A DNA stretch of 64,000 nucleotides from Sphyrna mokarran (GCA_024679065.1 JAGIQG010000024.1:24614001-24678000), one strand, 5' to 3'. Positions 11,406 through 24,850 are shown, counted from the first letter of the stretch. Numbers and translations are program-made. The notes: generated by a model not told the origin, from the sequence alone.

Positions 11406-13356
11406 AGAAATAATTGTTCAGACAATATTTTACACATGTCCGTTCTTGTGTTTTAATATTCTGATGCAGAATTTGCAACATCTGATCCACTGCTGACTAA
11501 TTCTTAGTCACATGAAGGAAACAACAGATCAAAATTGTTTGAACATTTCCTTTGTGCATGCTTCATTCCAATGTCTAAGACTGAGATACTTGCCAACCTT
11601 CTCAGCCAGGGCTGATGGGTGACATGAGAAAGTGGCAGAAGGCGAAAGTCGGAGAATAATCAATGCCTTATATGGATTTTTTTTAAACTGCTGATTTCTT
11701 TCTCTTACGGCTATCCCAAAAGTATTTTTCTCTTTTGACTATCACTCATTATTCCTGCAGTGTTAATCATGGATATCTGTGCTTTAATGAGGTGTCCAGG
11801 AAGTTGCCTGAATCTTAATGCTTACCGTTCTCCAGGGAGACATATTACAGAATTTCATTGACAACCTCTGAAGAACACGTAGAGCCAGATTATGGACGCA
11901 GTGTTAAAATACCATAATGAAATATGCTGTTTGAAATAGTCAGCACGGTAATGACAGACACCATTAGCTGCAAGCTCCTTAATTAGTGAGGTCTGTTTTC
12001 AGATAATGTAATTATTACAATAAGGTGATAAGTAGGCCTCTTTCTAATGATCATTATTAACAATATTTAAAAAGACAAGGCTGGAACAGATTAAATTTTG
12101 ACTTTCAGAGCTGTAGTGAGGCCAATATGTTGTGCATCCCATCTTACAAAAGTTCAGAATCCCAGAAGTTGCAATGTGGACGTGATCTTTCACAGAAGTT
12201 CAATAAAAGCATTATTATTAACATTAATTACAGATTTAACTAATTCTCGTCACTATCATCACTGGTTTGATTGCTGCTTAATTTGCTTTTTTATTACCCT
12301 CGGCTATTGCCATACATTTTCTCTTTTCACGTTTTTTTTTTAAATGCTCCATGAGGCTTAAGTTTAGTCTGATGGTATGTTTTTATTTGTCACTGGCAAC
12401 TAGTTATAATATGAACTTTAGTCCTGCCTGTTTCTCATGGCTACAGTTGCTGGATGGATGTCCCTGTTGCAGTGTTCCTGCCTCCAGGCAAGATGTTCTG
12501 GGTTCAAGTCTCATTCCAGGAGTTGATACTGTTGGGAGACACATTTACAACATGGTCAAAGAGGTTGAGTATCTGCCTGTAAATCCTTCTGATACTCCCT
12601 GATGGCAGGGAAGGACAGTCTCTTGGTCAGCCATGCTTCAGAGGGCAATGACAAACTGCTGTAGAAATTTGCCAAGCATGGCGATAGCGTAGTCCAATAG
12701 AAGTCCACGGTTAGCAATGCCAACTTAGGACATAGTATCTGGAGGAGGGTAGTTATTGACCTGAGGGCTGTTAACATTTCATGTTATCATTACCATTTTG
12801 TGTTTGGTAAGCTTGGTTCTTCACAATAATTATTCATTGTGGTGATTAGTCTCATTAGTGGCTACTTTCTTTCCGATTGCAATTAAGCATTAACTCCAAG
12901 TGGCTCCAGATCCATTGTAAATCTCATGTCGGATACTTCAGCTGGAATTTGCTGGTCTCGCGTGCTCTACTACCACTACTAGCGAGAACAGAACTTGGTT
13001 CTCAGCCAAATCTCTGTTCACTACAGGGGGATTGGAAAATTCCAGCCACAAGCAAGGTCAGGCAATACTAATGTTTAATAATATTGTGTGCCACACTTCT
13101 GAGCACCTTTGCTAAGGAAGGGAGTGATGGATATAAGTATTGGTGGTATTGTTTTCGTTCACACTTCCAAATGCATGTTACCAAGTTGGGGTTATGGGAA
13201 TGAAAATAAAGAGTTCATTAGAGTTTTCTCACCTGTTCCCTAGCAGAAGTAGAAAGTATACAAATCTTCTCTTTAGGTTGCAGCAATAAATGTGGACCAA
13301 ATACTCTGTATTGGAAAACTGGAACACCATCTATTCTAAACTCATACTGAACAATA

Positions 13357-13670
13357 CACTGGACAGTGATAGGCTTTTTCCTAGGATGGAGAAAGCTAGC
13401 ATGAGGGGACACAGCTTTAAATTAAGGGGTGATACTTATAGGACGGATATCAGAGGTAGGTTCTTTACCCAAAAGGGTGGTTTGGGAGTGGAATGCCCTG
13501 CCTGCAGCAGTTGTAGATGCGCCAAGTTTGGTGGCATTTAAGAGGTTAGTTGATAAGTATATGGAAGAGAAGGGAATGGTTTAGTTTGGAGGGGCATTGC
13601 TTTTTATATTGGTCGCCGCAACATCGAAGGCCGAAGGGCCTGTTCTGTGCTGTAATGTTCTATGTTCTAT
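13357..13670 (+). mobile_element. Young CR1 3' fragment, same subfamily as 59400-61839
   Basis: LFPRMEKASMRGHSFKLRGDTYRTDIRGRFFTQ and tail caacatcgaaggccgaagggcctgttctgtgctgtaatgttctatgttctat. Confidence 0.9.
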
Positions 13671-14249
13671 AAAGACAGTTTGTGACTCATACTGAACAAT
13701 AAAGTTTGTCTTGTACTCTGGAACTTACATTTGATCATCTTTGTCATGCAGCATTTCAGAATCATTTAGTTGCTATAGTTTCTAAAATTATTTCAATGTA
13801 TGTGGGCACATCGCTGGCTGGGCCAGCATTTATTACCCATTCCTGAGAGCAGGATGATACTCTTCATTACACAGATGTCTAAATATCATTCAAGCCAAGA
13901 ATAAACCTAAAATAAGCCCCTTCCATGCCCTGATTGGGGCCTTTAAGATTCCTTTGAGAAAGTGGGCTGACCTAAGAGGAGAAATTGATCGCACTGAAAA
14001 GGTAAATTTGCTCTACCTTTTGCTGGATGAGGTTCAGGACTTAACAATAACTAACTGGAAATGAGGGTATTGCCCATGAAGACATGCCAAATGTCAATGA
14101 TTGAAATGAGACCTCAAGGCCAGTATTTGTAAACCTTGAAGCGCGCTATTGGTTATTTTCTCAAAAATATGACCAATCTCAACATTACTGTTTCCTGAAA
14201 ATTTGAAAGGAATGAGAATGAGGATGAGGATGGTACACACTGTTGCTAT

Positions 14250-14915
14250 TGTGAAGGAGGAAATGAAGGCGGTGGATGGGTGCCAATTATGTGAGCTGCT
14301 TTGTCCTGGGTGGTGTAGAACTTGTAGGGTGTTGAAAGAGCTGCACTCATCCAAGCAAGTGAAGAATATTGGTATAGACAGGCTTTGAAGAATCAGGAGG
14401 TGAGTTACTCGCTGCAAAATTCTCAGCATCTTACCTGCTCTTGCAGCTACCGTATTTATATGGTTAGTCCAGTTCAGTTTTTGGTCAATGCAAACCCCCA
14501 GGTTATTGACAGTGGGGGATTCGGCAATGGTATTGTCATTGAAGATCAAGAGGAGATGTTTGGATTCTGATCCTCTCTGATTGAAGGTGGCCATTACCTG
14601 CCATTTATGTTGCACAAACGTTACTTGTCACTTGTCAGACCAAGCCTGAACATTATCCAGATCTTGTTGCATTTGAGCATGGGTTGCTTCAGTATGTGAG
14701 GAGAGATGAACGGTGCCGAACATTGTACAATTAACCATCAGTGAATGTCCCTATTTTTGGCTTTATGGTGGAGGGGAGGTGTTTGATGAAGCAGTTGAAG
14801 ATGATTGGGACTAGGACATGATCCTGAAGGAATCCTGTAATTATATTCTGGGACTAAGATGATTATGTTCTAATAACCAGAATCATCTTCATTAGTGTCC
14901 AGTATGACTCCAACC
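14250..14915 (-). mobile_element. CR1-clade LINE (second family) RT fragment
   Basis: ORF 14094-14615 includes NNLGVCIDQKLNWTNHINTVAARAGKMLRILQRVTHLL, a typical post-RT LINE region. Confidence 0.75.
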
Positions 14916-15032
14916 ATTTTTAAAAGGGTGAGATTTTGTTGAATTGTTGGTGATTCCACTACCAGGTGCTCAAGCAGAAGGCTGGACGTTTACAGCAATA
15001 TTGCCAGCTGGAGGTGAAGTAGAGCTGGTAGT

Positions 15033-15228
15033 CAGGCCTGCCACACTGCTCATCCAATCAGAGGGCACGCAAGCAGGCCTGCCACACTGCTCATCCAATC
15101 AGAGGGCACGCAGGCCAGCCTTTCATGCTGCTCATCCAATCAGAGAGCAGGCAGACCTGTCACACTGCTCATCCAGAGGGCAGGCAGGCCAGCCTTCCAT
15201 GCTGCTCATCCAATCAGAGAGCTGGCAG
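15033..15228 (+). repeat. About 40-bp tandem repeat, 5 units, four with CCAATCAG
   Basis: Unit caggcctgccacactgctcatccaatcagagggcacg. CCAAT at 15054, 15095, 15136 and 15210. Confidence 0.9.
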
Positions 15229-16885
15229 TTCTGGCGCCTTGACAGCACCACCAATTTCCCCTGTGGAGGCAGCAAAAACATTTCAGTTCTGAGGCATCTT
15301 GGGAAAGGCAAGCATTAAATACATTCTTACGTGGGCCTAACAGGGAGAGCCCAAAGAATGGAAGGGAACTTCTCCAGCAACAGGGTTGGAATCACGCAGC
15401 ATTATTTGCTGACAGTGTTTACCCTACACGCGCACATGCACACGCCATCCCCAACATACCCTAAAGCCTGAAGTCTCCAATTCCAATGGCCATTAGGAAG
15501 CTGGATCTGGGCAGCTTGCAGCCTCCCCACATCCTGGGGATCTTTAATTACCTCAATGAGGCCCATCAGGTGAAAAACAAATACCCTGATTGAGGTAATG
15601 ATTGCCTGCCCAATCAGGGAGCCTCACCAATGTATATTTATTAAGAACTCTGAGGCTACTGCCACTCTACACTCTAACTTTGTACCTGAAACCCTCTAGG
15701 AGTGGAATACAGGGCAGAATTTTCCTGTCTCTCCCACCATGGGAATTGTAGCAAACAGGACATGAATCATACAAAGATCCTCAGATGGGATTTTCCAGCT
15801 TTGGGGTAAGCGTGGCTGGAAAATCTCCCTCACAGTTTGTAACTAAAGGGAATCTGGTGAATGGACACCAGCCTCTGAGAAATCATTTCAGGCTCAGTCC
15901 ACCAGTAGCAAAGTCCAGCATCCTGGGAAAATCTGCTATTAATTGGATCATTGATCATTGAAGATTGGCCACCCAGATCCATTCAGAGGTCAGCTGAGAA
16001 ACTGCCATCCCTGCCATTTGCAAACTCCCCTCTGGTGAGGGGACAGAATCAGAGACCCTTCCGCACACATTTCCCAGCATTTAAATAACAGTCATTCATA
16101 GGATGTGGGTGTCGCTGGCTAGACCAGCATTTATTACCCACCCCTAATTGCCATTTACTAGTAATCCATTTCCTTTCCCTTCATCCAGGGCCTAACATTC
16201 TGTCCAATGGGATTGTGCCACCTAAAAGAAATAAATAAAAAGTAGATTATGTTGTGCGCAAGTAAACAAAGATGAATTTTGAAAAATCAGTTAACAGGTA
16301 GACCTTATTTTCAGTAAAAATTTAATAATGATGCTGTGATATTATTGTTCATTTCCCTGTATATTAAATATGTTGAAACATAAGTTTTAGAGTCTGTAAA
16401 AGCTCCCACCTCTGTAAAACAAATGGACCCTAATATATAAGGTACTATGTATCATTAGATAAATAAACTCCTTAGGCCACTGCTGCTTTATTTTTAGATT
16501 GCTCACTAATCACTGTCGCTAATGCTATATGTGAATTAACCCCAGTGACTGCGTTCAACACTTACTTCAATTAACATTATTTTTCTATTAGGCAGATGAC
16601 AATATGTCAATTATTGGTGTCCAGATTCCAGTAGAGGATCTTGCTGCATCTTATATACCTACCAGTAAAGGTCAATAATTATTTTAGAGTTTCACTACAG
16701 ATGAGAGAACTGGAAACTGATTTTAAAAAAATCCTCAACAGAGAGTATGCCTCCATGAGAAAGCAAGAGTTTTTTTAAGTGAGGACCTTCACTGTGCTGA
16801 GAAGGAGACATGTGTCCTTTCTCAGGCAGCCATTTTGATTCATGTGGACCACAATATCATGATGTTTTCAAGATGGGAATGATGT

Positions 16886-17425
16886 TATAGAATCCATACA
16901 GTGCAGAAGGAAGCCATTCAGCCCATTGCATTTGCACTGACCACGATTCTACCCAAGCCCTATTCCTGTAACCTCACATATTTACCTTTTTAATCCCCCT
17001 GACACTAGGGTCAATTTAGAGTTTGTAATAGAAATAGGTAATAGAAATTAAGATATAAGTCTGCTGTGATCTTGCAACAGATCCAAAGGATCTCCTCCTG
17101 TTCCAATAGTTTGATGTGGGCATCCCTGACAATGTAACATTTATTGCCTGCTCCTTATTACTTTTGAGAAGGTGGTAGTGAGCTTCCTTCTTGAACAGCT
17201 GCAGTCCCTGAGGTGTAGATACACCCACAGTACTGTTTGAGACTCTTATTGTTAGTCCACTTCTCTGAGACTATCATGAGGCACAACTTTATATCAAAGG
17301 TGAACCCATACATCTTTGGAGTGTAGGAGCAAACTCCACACAGGCATTGACTTGAGGCTGGAATTGAACCGGGTCCTGGGCGCTGTGAGGCAGCAGTGCT
17401 AACCACTGTGCCACCATACTGCCCT
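16886..17425 (-). mobile_element. HE1-like V-SINE pieces (tail 16886-17017, head 17310-17425) with a LINE tail between them
   Basis: tagaatccatacagtgcagaaggaagccatt... and ...ttgaaccgggtcctgggcgctgtgaggcagcagtgctaaccactgtgccacc. Confidence 0.75.
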
Positions 17426-18201
17426 TGTGTTGTGTTCCTAAAAAAAAGGGGAATGCTTTCATCTCGGATTAAATAGCATGACTAAAATTTGAAGTTGTTT
17501 GATTTGAAAAAACTTTGGGGTGATGGAATTGAAGATTTGGGTATTGAGTAATGTTTCCCACTTTAAACTCACCTCCATTGATTTGTCAGTAATGAACAAG
17601 GATGGGTATATCTTATCTTATTTTTGCTCTCTGTCCCTTTCTGTATCCTGAGTACTAGTTTGGGTTCCGTTTGGATACTGGTTCTCTCTGTAGTGGTAAC
17701 AGGGGTCTTCCACAGGCTGTAGAGTCAGGAAGAGACCCCCATCACCTGTTTTAGGGAAGATTAAACAAATTAACTGCCACCCAATGTGCTTAATCTGCCC
17801 AGGGATCAAGGATGCCAAGGAGCCTGCTGAAGGTTGCCAATCCATCAGAGGCTGGCAGTTCCATTGAACAGCAATGTGGCTGTTGGTGATGGAACATGCA
17901 CACGTGGCCCAGAATGGCCACAGGGGTGTGCCAGTTTCAGGTGGTGACAGTGGAGTGAGTCACAGAGTGGAGGGGTGCTTTCAAACAAGTGCTGGGTGGC
18001 TTTCTTCACCGTCCTCCCCCTTCCTCCGTACCTGCCTGATGCTGGGTCCCACAGTCAGGCAGTATACGTTTGAGGAATGGATCGCGGGAGTCTGCAAGCA
18101 ACACCACATGAGTTTCTTTGCTGTGCAGCCACATGGCACATCCCTCACCACCACAGAGTTACTCTAGTGACAGCAGGATAAAGCCCTTAATAGGCCACAA
18201 G

Positions 18202-18538
18202 GGTGGCACAGTAGTTGGCACTGCTGTCTCACGGCACCAGGAACCCAGGATTGATTCCAGCCTTCCAGGTGATTGTCTGTGTGGAATTTGCACTTACTCC
18301 TTGGGTTTCCTCTGGGTGCTCTGGTTTCCTCCCACAGTCTGAAAGATGTACTAGTAAGGGAAATTGGCCATGTTAAATTGCCCCTTAGTGTCCCAAGATG
18401 GGTAGCTTAAGGCTTTAGAATGGCAAAAACAGGGGGTAATGGGGATAAGGGAATGGTTCTGGGTAAGAAGTTCTGTCTGAGAGTCTGTGTGGACTCAGTG
18501 ATCCAAATGGCCTCCTTCTGCACTGTAGGGATTCTATG
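18202..18538 (+). mobile_element. HE1-like V-SINE
   Basis: Head ggtggcacagtagttggcactgct, V-domain, tail ggcctccttctgcactgtagggattctatg. Confidence 0.88.
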
Positions 18539-19379
18539 GAAATGGCAATAGGTCTTCCTTACATGGACCTGTTTCAGGTTGATGCAGAAAGATGGCAATG
18601 TCCCTACCCTCCACCCTCACATCCTTCTGTCCAATTAAATGTGCCACCCAACCACCAAACCTGCCAGAGGAAAGGACATTAAATTCTGACCCACCTCTCT
18701 GACCTATAAATTACAAAATTACCTTTTTACACACTGAATCTGTTCCATCAATTGAAGAAAGAAAGCCCTCTCAGGTTAAAAATTAACATTGCATTTGATG
18801 TGTGTCTGAGTGAAGTCAGTATGGGGCCACCATGCTCTGTGTGTAATCATGCCTGTAACTGAGATTGACAACACCTAGGTTTCACGTCCACAAATGACTT
18901 GGCAAAACATTACCTGAATAAATATTGAAAAATCACTTTTAAACTCTGGATAATTTGGACTTTGGGAACAGGCCAAATCAACCTTTCTAGTTGTGATTGT
19001 TTACTTCACACTGCTTCTCTGCTTGTCACTGCCTCACAACTGGCAAGAGTCAAGGTATATTTGTAAGGGAATTTGTGAGTGCCTCTTAGGAATAGTAAGG
19101 AGAAAAATTAGTGGAAATCAGTTGCCACTTTGGGACTGTACACATTACACCAAATACCTATCCAGAGAAATATCAACAAATACTACATCCTCCAGATGGC
19201 AGGACCAATCGGGGATTAAAAAAAATGCATTTATTTATTTTGCCAAAGTGAATTTTGAAATTATTTCTCAAAACGTTCCGGCAAAGTTTGGTTGCAAATG
19301 TTGGAAGCGCAAATGTGCCTTTCAGTACCATTTTAATAAAATATTCAGACATTGGAGCGCTCCAGTTACTGAGCAGTGA

Positions 19380-19930
19380 TTTTTTTCTTTATTTTATTAG
19401 CTGTTGCTTGGTTCGGGTAGGGGAAGGATGAACTCCTTTTCTTACACTTGAAATGTTACATTTTTCAAAGCTGCTATCTACTAGATTTGCGAGCCTGAGG
19501 GTTTGAATAAATGACTGCTCACAAATCAGGTAAAAAGCTGGTAAAAGGACACATTGGAGGGTCCTGACAGGGAGATGCAATCCCTCTCTCTCGCTGTAAG
19601 TGGTTTTCAATGATGTTTGGTCACTTTGGACCTGTTATTAATGAGCCCTATGGGGATAGTGACAGAACTTCTTTTTTCTCTAACAAGACATCAGATGACT
19701 CCCGTTGCCATGGAGATGCACCGTGGAATCTATTTTTTGCCTCATCTGGTGGAGGGCCGAGCAGGGCACATTCTTTCAAGATACTGCTCTAGTTAGATCA
19801 ATTAGCATCAGTCTGTGATTCTGTGTGATGTATAATGATTACAGCACATTTCTAACACCCACAATTACAATAATTCACTGAAAATGAGGGCAACCGATAT
19901 GATCCGTCATTAATAAGGCTTCAGTCTTAA
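19380..19930. promoter_or_regulatory. Candidate enhancer in TE-free sequence
   Basis: RFX X-box-like GTTGCCATGGAGAT (19704-19717), E-boxes CAGATG and CATCTG, several TAAT cores, and no recognisable repeat. Motif evidence only. Confidence 0.3.
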
Positions 19931-20859
19931 AGGGCAGGCTTGTGAGAAATGTAGGGAGAGGCATGAGGCCACATTCTGCTGGAGCCTCCTGGCACCCATT
20001 GACCTATCAGTAAAAGACACTGACTTTTTATTCTGATACTTTGTGCTGATTTGAATTTGGGCGTCATTAGTAATGTTGAAAAATTATGAAACATTTAAGA
20101 GCTCGGCCTTTGACTCCTTCCAAGTAGAAAGAAAGAGGCAGACAGGGAGTCCAGACAGGAGAAACTAGTGAAAATGTTCCCATCTCACAACTGCTGGCAG
20201 TATCATCAGAAACCCAGGGAATTCTGTTCCGCCTATAACTGATTTTCTGTTACTTGTTACTGCTTGAGATATCTGCTCAGCAAGAGGGAAGATAATCTGT
20301 GGCACAGACTTATTTCTGAAAAGCTTGCCTGATTGTTTTTTTTTGAGTTTTCATGTTTTCTCAAGGCTGTCCTATTATAACAATCACAGAGCATTTACTG
20401 ACAAGTTGGATAAAGAAAGACTCCCATTTATGTAGCAATTTTCATAGGAATCAGGAGCAGAAGTAGGCAATTCAAGCTTAGAGTCTGCTCTCTCATTCAG
20501 TCGGATCATGACTGACCTCTTCCTAGTCTCAAATCCACCTGTTCCCCATATCCCTTTAACCTGTTCTTTATCAGAAATATATCTATCTCTTTCATGACCA
20601 CTAGACCTGTCAAACTATTTTACAGTTAATGAAGAGTAATCACACTTGTACTGTGTTTGATCAGCTTATAAACATGCATCTCTAAATACTGACCAGAATC
20701 ACATTTACAAAAGTGAAAAATGGGTCAGTGTTCAGTTTCTTGAATTTGGGTAAGGATTTTTGATTCCAGTTGTTTTTACTGACTTGCAGGAATAAATTCC
20801 CAGGTTTTATGAAAAAGTGTTACTGCTGTTTTTCAACCTGTATTACTGCCTGAATTCAG

Positions 20860-21280
20860 CATGCCCACTATGATGCAGCATAGAAAGCATCTTTTCCAGA
20901 TGAATCACAGCTTGGTATGGCTCCTGCTCTGACCAAGACCACAAGAAACTACAAAAGGGTTGTGAAGGTAGCCCAGTCCATCATGTCCAGCCTCCCATCC
21001 ATTAACTCTGTCTGCACTTCCCACTGCCTTGAAAAAGCAGCCAGCGTAATCAAGGAAACCATGCACATCCTGGACATATCCTCTTCCACCTTCTTCCATT
21101 GGGGAAAAAGATATGAAAATCTTTTTCTACACCCTAACTATAACCGTAACACTATAATCTGCATCCTCTCCTTTCCTTCTCTCCTATGTATTTCTATGAA
21201 TTTATGTTTTGCCTGTATAATCTCAAGGAACAATGTTTTTCACTATATCTAAATATATGATGCAATAATAAATCAAATAG
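20860..21280 (+). mobile_element. Rex1/Babar 3' fragment
   Basis: ORF 20917 KRVVKVAQSIMSSLPSINSVCTSHCLEKAASVIK and tail aataataaatcaaat. Confidence 0.8.
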
Positions 21281-21625
21281 AAAGCACCTTAGTCAGTGAA
21301 ATTACCATAACACATGCTTTTGAAATATGTATTTCCTAAGAAAGTGAATTAATTAACTGGCAGCCAAATATGGTGATGGTGTATTACTCTTCTCGCAGGA
21401 AACCCCAGTTGCTGTGGCAACATGCATCTTTCCATGCATGTTGTAATCTGAAGTTATCGATCGTGATGGTGGAGGCTCAGACCTGCTGTCCATTGAGTGG
21501 CTGTTCAGGAATATCTTCCTCTCTTGGTCCCTGCCCTGGGCGTGCGTTGGAAGGATTTGTAGGTCAGCCTGTTTTGCCATGGGATGAATGTACCTTCCTT
21601 GTCATCTGGGGTTGGCCTGTAAACA

Positions 21626-21915
21626 GGGTGGCATGGTGATTAGCACTGCTGCCTCACAGCGCCAGGGACCCGGGTTTGATTCCAGTCTTGTGAGACTATC
21701 TGTGTGTAGTTTGCACATACTCCCCACGTCCGTGTGGGTTTCAGCCAGGTGCTCCGGTTTCCTCCCACACTCCAAATATATGCAAGTTAAGTATTGGCCA
21801 TGATCAATATGGGGATTAACAGGTTAGAGAATTGGGCCTAAGTAATGTGCTCTTTCGGAGAGTTGGTGCAGATTCAATGGGATAAATGGCCTTTTTGCAC
21901 TGTAGGGACTCAATG
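21626..21915 (+). mobile_element. HE1-like V-SINE
   Basis: ttagcactgctgcctcacagcgccagggacccgggtttgattcc, V-domain, CR1-type tail. Confidence 0.88.
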
Positions 21916-22519
21916 AACTATCCCTTATGCTACAATATCTCCCAACAGGATATATCTGCAATTATCACCCTGCTAACAAGACACTTCACTGGTACAAATG
22001 TTAAACAAAAATCATTAGTCCAGCTATGAAAATTGGTTGAGAATGGTACAGGACAATGTGAGCCAACCTGTTTTCACATCAGGACCCTGACAGAAGGATC
22101 TTCAGATATTAATAAATGGCACCGCTCAATCACAGCCTCTCTGGTAGCATCAAGTCACCTTGTGTCACTGTTTATTTGCTATGCCTAAGCAGCTAACTGT
22201 TTTCATGGACCCCCAGTCTTGGATAACTTTACTTGGATTTCTTTACTTGTGACTAACTTTATCCTTTCAAACATGCCTTCGCTTGCTGCACTATGTAAAA
22301 GCAAAGCCAGAGTTAGCAAAGGTGATTCTCCTATTATATACTCCAAGACTGATTATAACAGGTAAACTTTGCGAGAATGAAGGTATCTACTCAATACCTG
22401 TACTTAATGATTTACACATTGGTTGCAAAGAAACCAATCTGCCTGGGCTTTTGAATTAAAAACACAAAGGTTCATTTAGAAGAGCTAAAAACCCAACTAA
22501 ATAAAAATGTAATGGCATT

Positions 22520-23252
22520 TGAAGACATAATATCAGAATAGATAAGAGACAACCTGTGGACGTGATATGTTTAGATTTTCAGGAAGCTTTTGATAAAGTC
22601 CCACATAGGAGATCGGTGTATAAAATTAAAGCACATGGGGTTGGGGGTAATGTATTGATGTAGATTGAGAATTGGTTAGTAGACAAGAACAGAAAATCGG
22701 AATAACGGGGTTTTTTTTGGAACTGGCAGGCAGTGACAAATGGGGTCCAATACACTGTGGTGCTTGGGGCTTCAGCTACTCATAATATACATCAATGATT
22801 TGATGAGGGAACTAAAAGTAGTATTTCCAAGTTTGCTGACAGCAATTTGATTGGGATGTAAATGGTAAGGAGAATGTTAAGAGACCTCAAGATGATTTAA
22901 ACAAGTTATGTGAATGGGCATGTGGAAGATGCAGTATAATGTGAATAAATGTGAAGTTAGCCACTTCGAATGGAGAAACAGAATGGCAGAGAATTATTTA
23001 ATTATTGAGGTACAAAGGGACTTGGACGTCCTTGTATACCACTCACTGAAAGCAAGCATGCTTTACAGCAAGCAGTTATAAAGAAAAATGTACATTGGTG
23101 AGGACTAGAGTTTAGGAACAACTGTGTGCAGTTTTGGTCTCTGTATTTAAAAGGATCTTTTTGCCATAGAGGGAATGCAGCGAAGGTTTACAAACTGATG
23201 CCTGTGATGCAGGATTGTCATTTGGGGAGAGATTGGATGACTGGGCCTATAA
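22520..23252 (+). mobile_element. Old CR1 RT fragment
   Basis: Decayed DFQEAFDKVPH (22575-22605), ISKFAD (22822-22840), NVNKCEV and CVQFWS motifs. Confidence 0.85.
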
Positions 23253-24831
23253 TGTGACAAGACTCTGCCTTTAAGACATTGATTTATATAATGTTTCTTG
23301 TGAGAGTTATGTTTAAAATAATATTTTACCTGATGCCAATTTGTCTGAAACCCATGCTGAGAATATAAGGGAATAATTGATCCTTGAAAATGGGTGTTTG
23401 TTTAAATCTGAGCTAATGCACTTTTTGTTTAATTTTGTTTTTTCTCCTGGGTTTCAAAGTAGGATTTAATTAGGTTGATTGACAGGAGATAGTTGTGTGA
23501 ATGGGTGGAGCAATTCTTACAGGAAAAAGTTTAGTTTCTGCTTGATCCTGAAAGAAATAAGAGATGTTTCTCTCTTTCTCCCTGGAAGCTGATGTTTGAG
23601 TGTCATATGATTTGCTCATAGGACCAAATGGCCTACTCCTATTCCTATTTTCTATGTTCTTTATCAATGTTTTAAAAATATAAAAACCATGCAGCACCCT
23701 CACAACAGAGATACGCTCATACAAACATGCAAAATGACAAGTTATAAAGTGCAAAGTTACATTTCTGCAAAATATTAAAAATTGAACGTGGAAGGTATAA
23801 CCTAGAGGGTTCATCACTTTGCTGGTATCCATAGCTGAAGAAATTTTTGTCATTGTGGCCTTGAAGCCCATGTTACAAAAATTCCTGGAGTCAGTCTCTT
23901 TTCAAACACACAGAGCCTCTATTCAAAAAGACAATGATTTTTGCATTTGTAGTTACTTTCGAAATTTTCTATCTTTGTGCCTGATTTTAAACTGCAATAG
24001 AAAGGAACTGGGATTCTTCAGCCCCCCAGCCATAGGTTTCTCAGTGGCAGGAGATGACATGCCATTCACTGGGTGGTGGGATATTCTGGTCCCATCACTG
24101 TCAATGAGAATTCTTATTGAAGCCATCATGCTACGGGAAACCTATGATGGGGATGCATCGCCAGAGGGACAGATAATCCCACTACAGTGAATTGCCAGGG
24201 TCTTAAACTTGAGAGAGAAGAGAATGGAGAAAATTATTGCTTCATTGGCAGCTTTCTTCCAGACTACTGCTTAACAGCTTGCACGTTGTAACAAAAGAGA
24301 TTTCAAAAATAGTTATTCTAGTCACATGACCCAACTCTCAATAATGAATTCATACAGCAATTGATTCGCTAGCTCTGGACAGACTGTGGCTATTGACCCA
24401 TGGCCTAGATAATTAGATTCTGTAATGTCCCAGCCAATAACTCCTAAATGATCCATTGTTTCTCTTGATGAGATAAGAAGAGCATTTTTCAATGTAGTTA
24501 TTGACCTAGTCGACTTTCTGCATGCACTTCAGAGGTAACTTTATAGAAATAAAGATGTGAGGACCAGCAGAGTTTCAGCAAATCTTTTAAAGTAGTTTTT
24601 GACATGTAATTCCATAGGAGGATGTCTGGTCACAGGGTAACTGTATTTGACATTGGAACTTTCCAGAAAATTGGTCAACTTGTGAGCCCATACTTCAGGT
24701 GACCTGTGGCAACCATTATAAGTCAGTCTCTTTGATTACTTTTTAAAAATCCTTTATAAACTAGTTCAATATATGTTTGATCAGACAATTAAATTAAAGA
24801 TTAATATCCATCAAGTCACATCATTGTGACA
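23253..24831. mobile_element. Possible solo LTR-like insertion (TG...CA) interrupting the CR1, with nested short repeats
   Basis: Starts TGTGACAAG exactly where CR1 homology stops and ends TTGTGACA. Sequence after 24831 (tatgctatggagcataga) resembles the CR1 continuation. TSD is imperfect. Confidence 0.35.
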
Positions 24832-24850
24832 ATTATGCTATGGAGCATAG

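Noticed and set aside
15033-15228. CRISPR-like repeat array
   Set aside because: Units are contiguous without unique spacers, there are no cas genes, and the context is eukaryotic.
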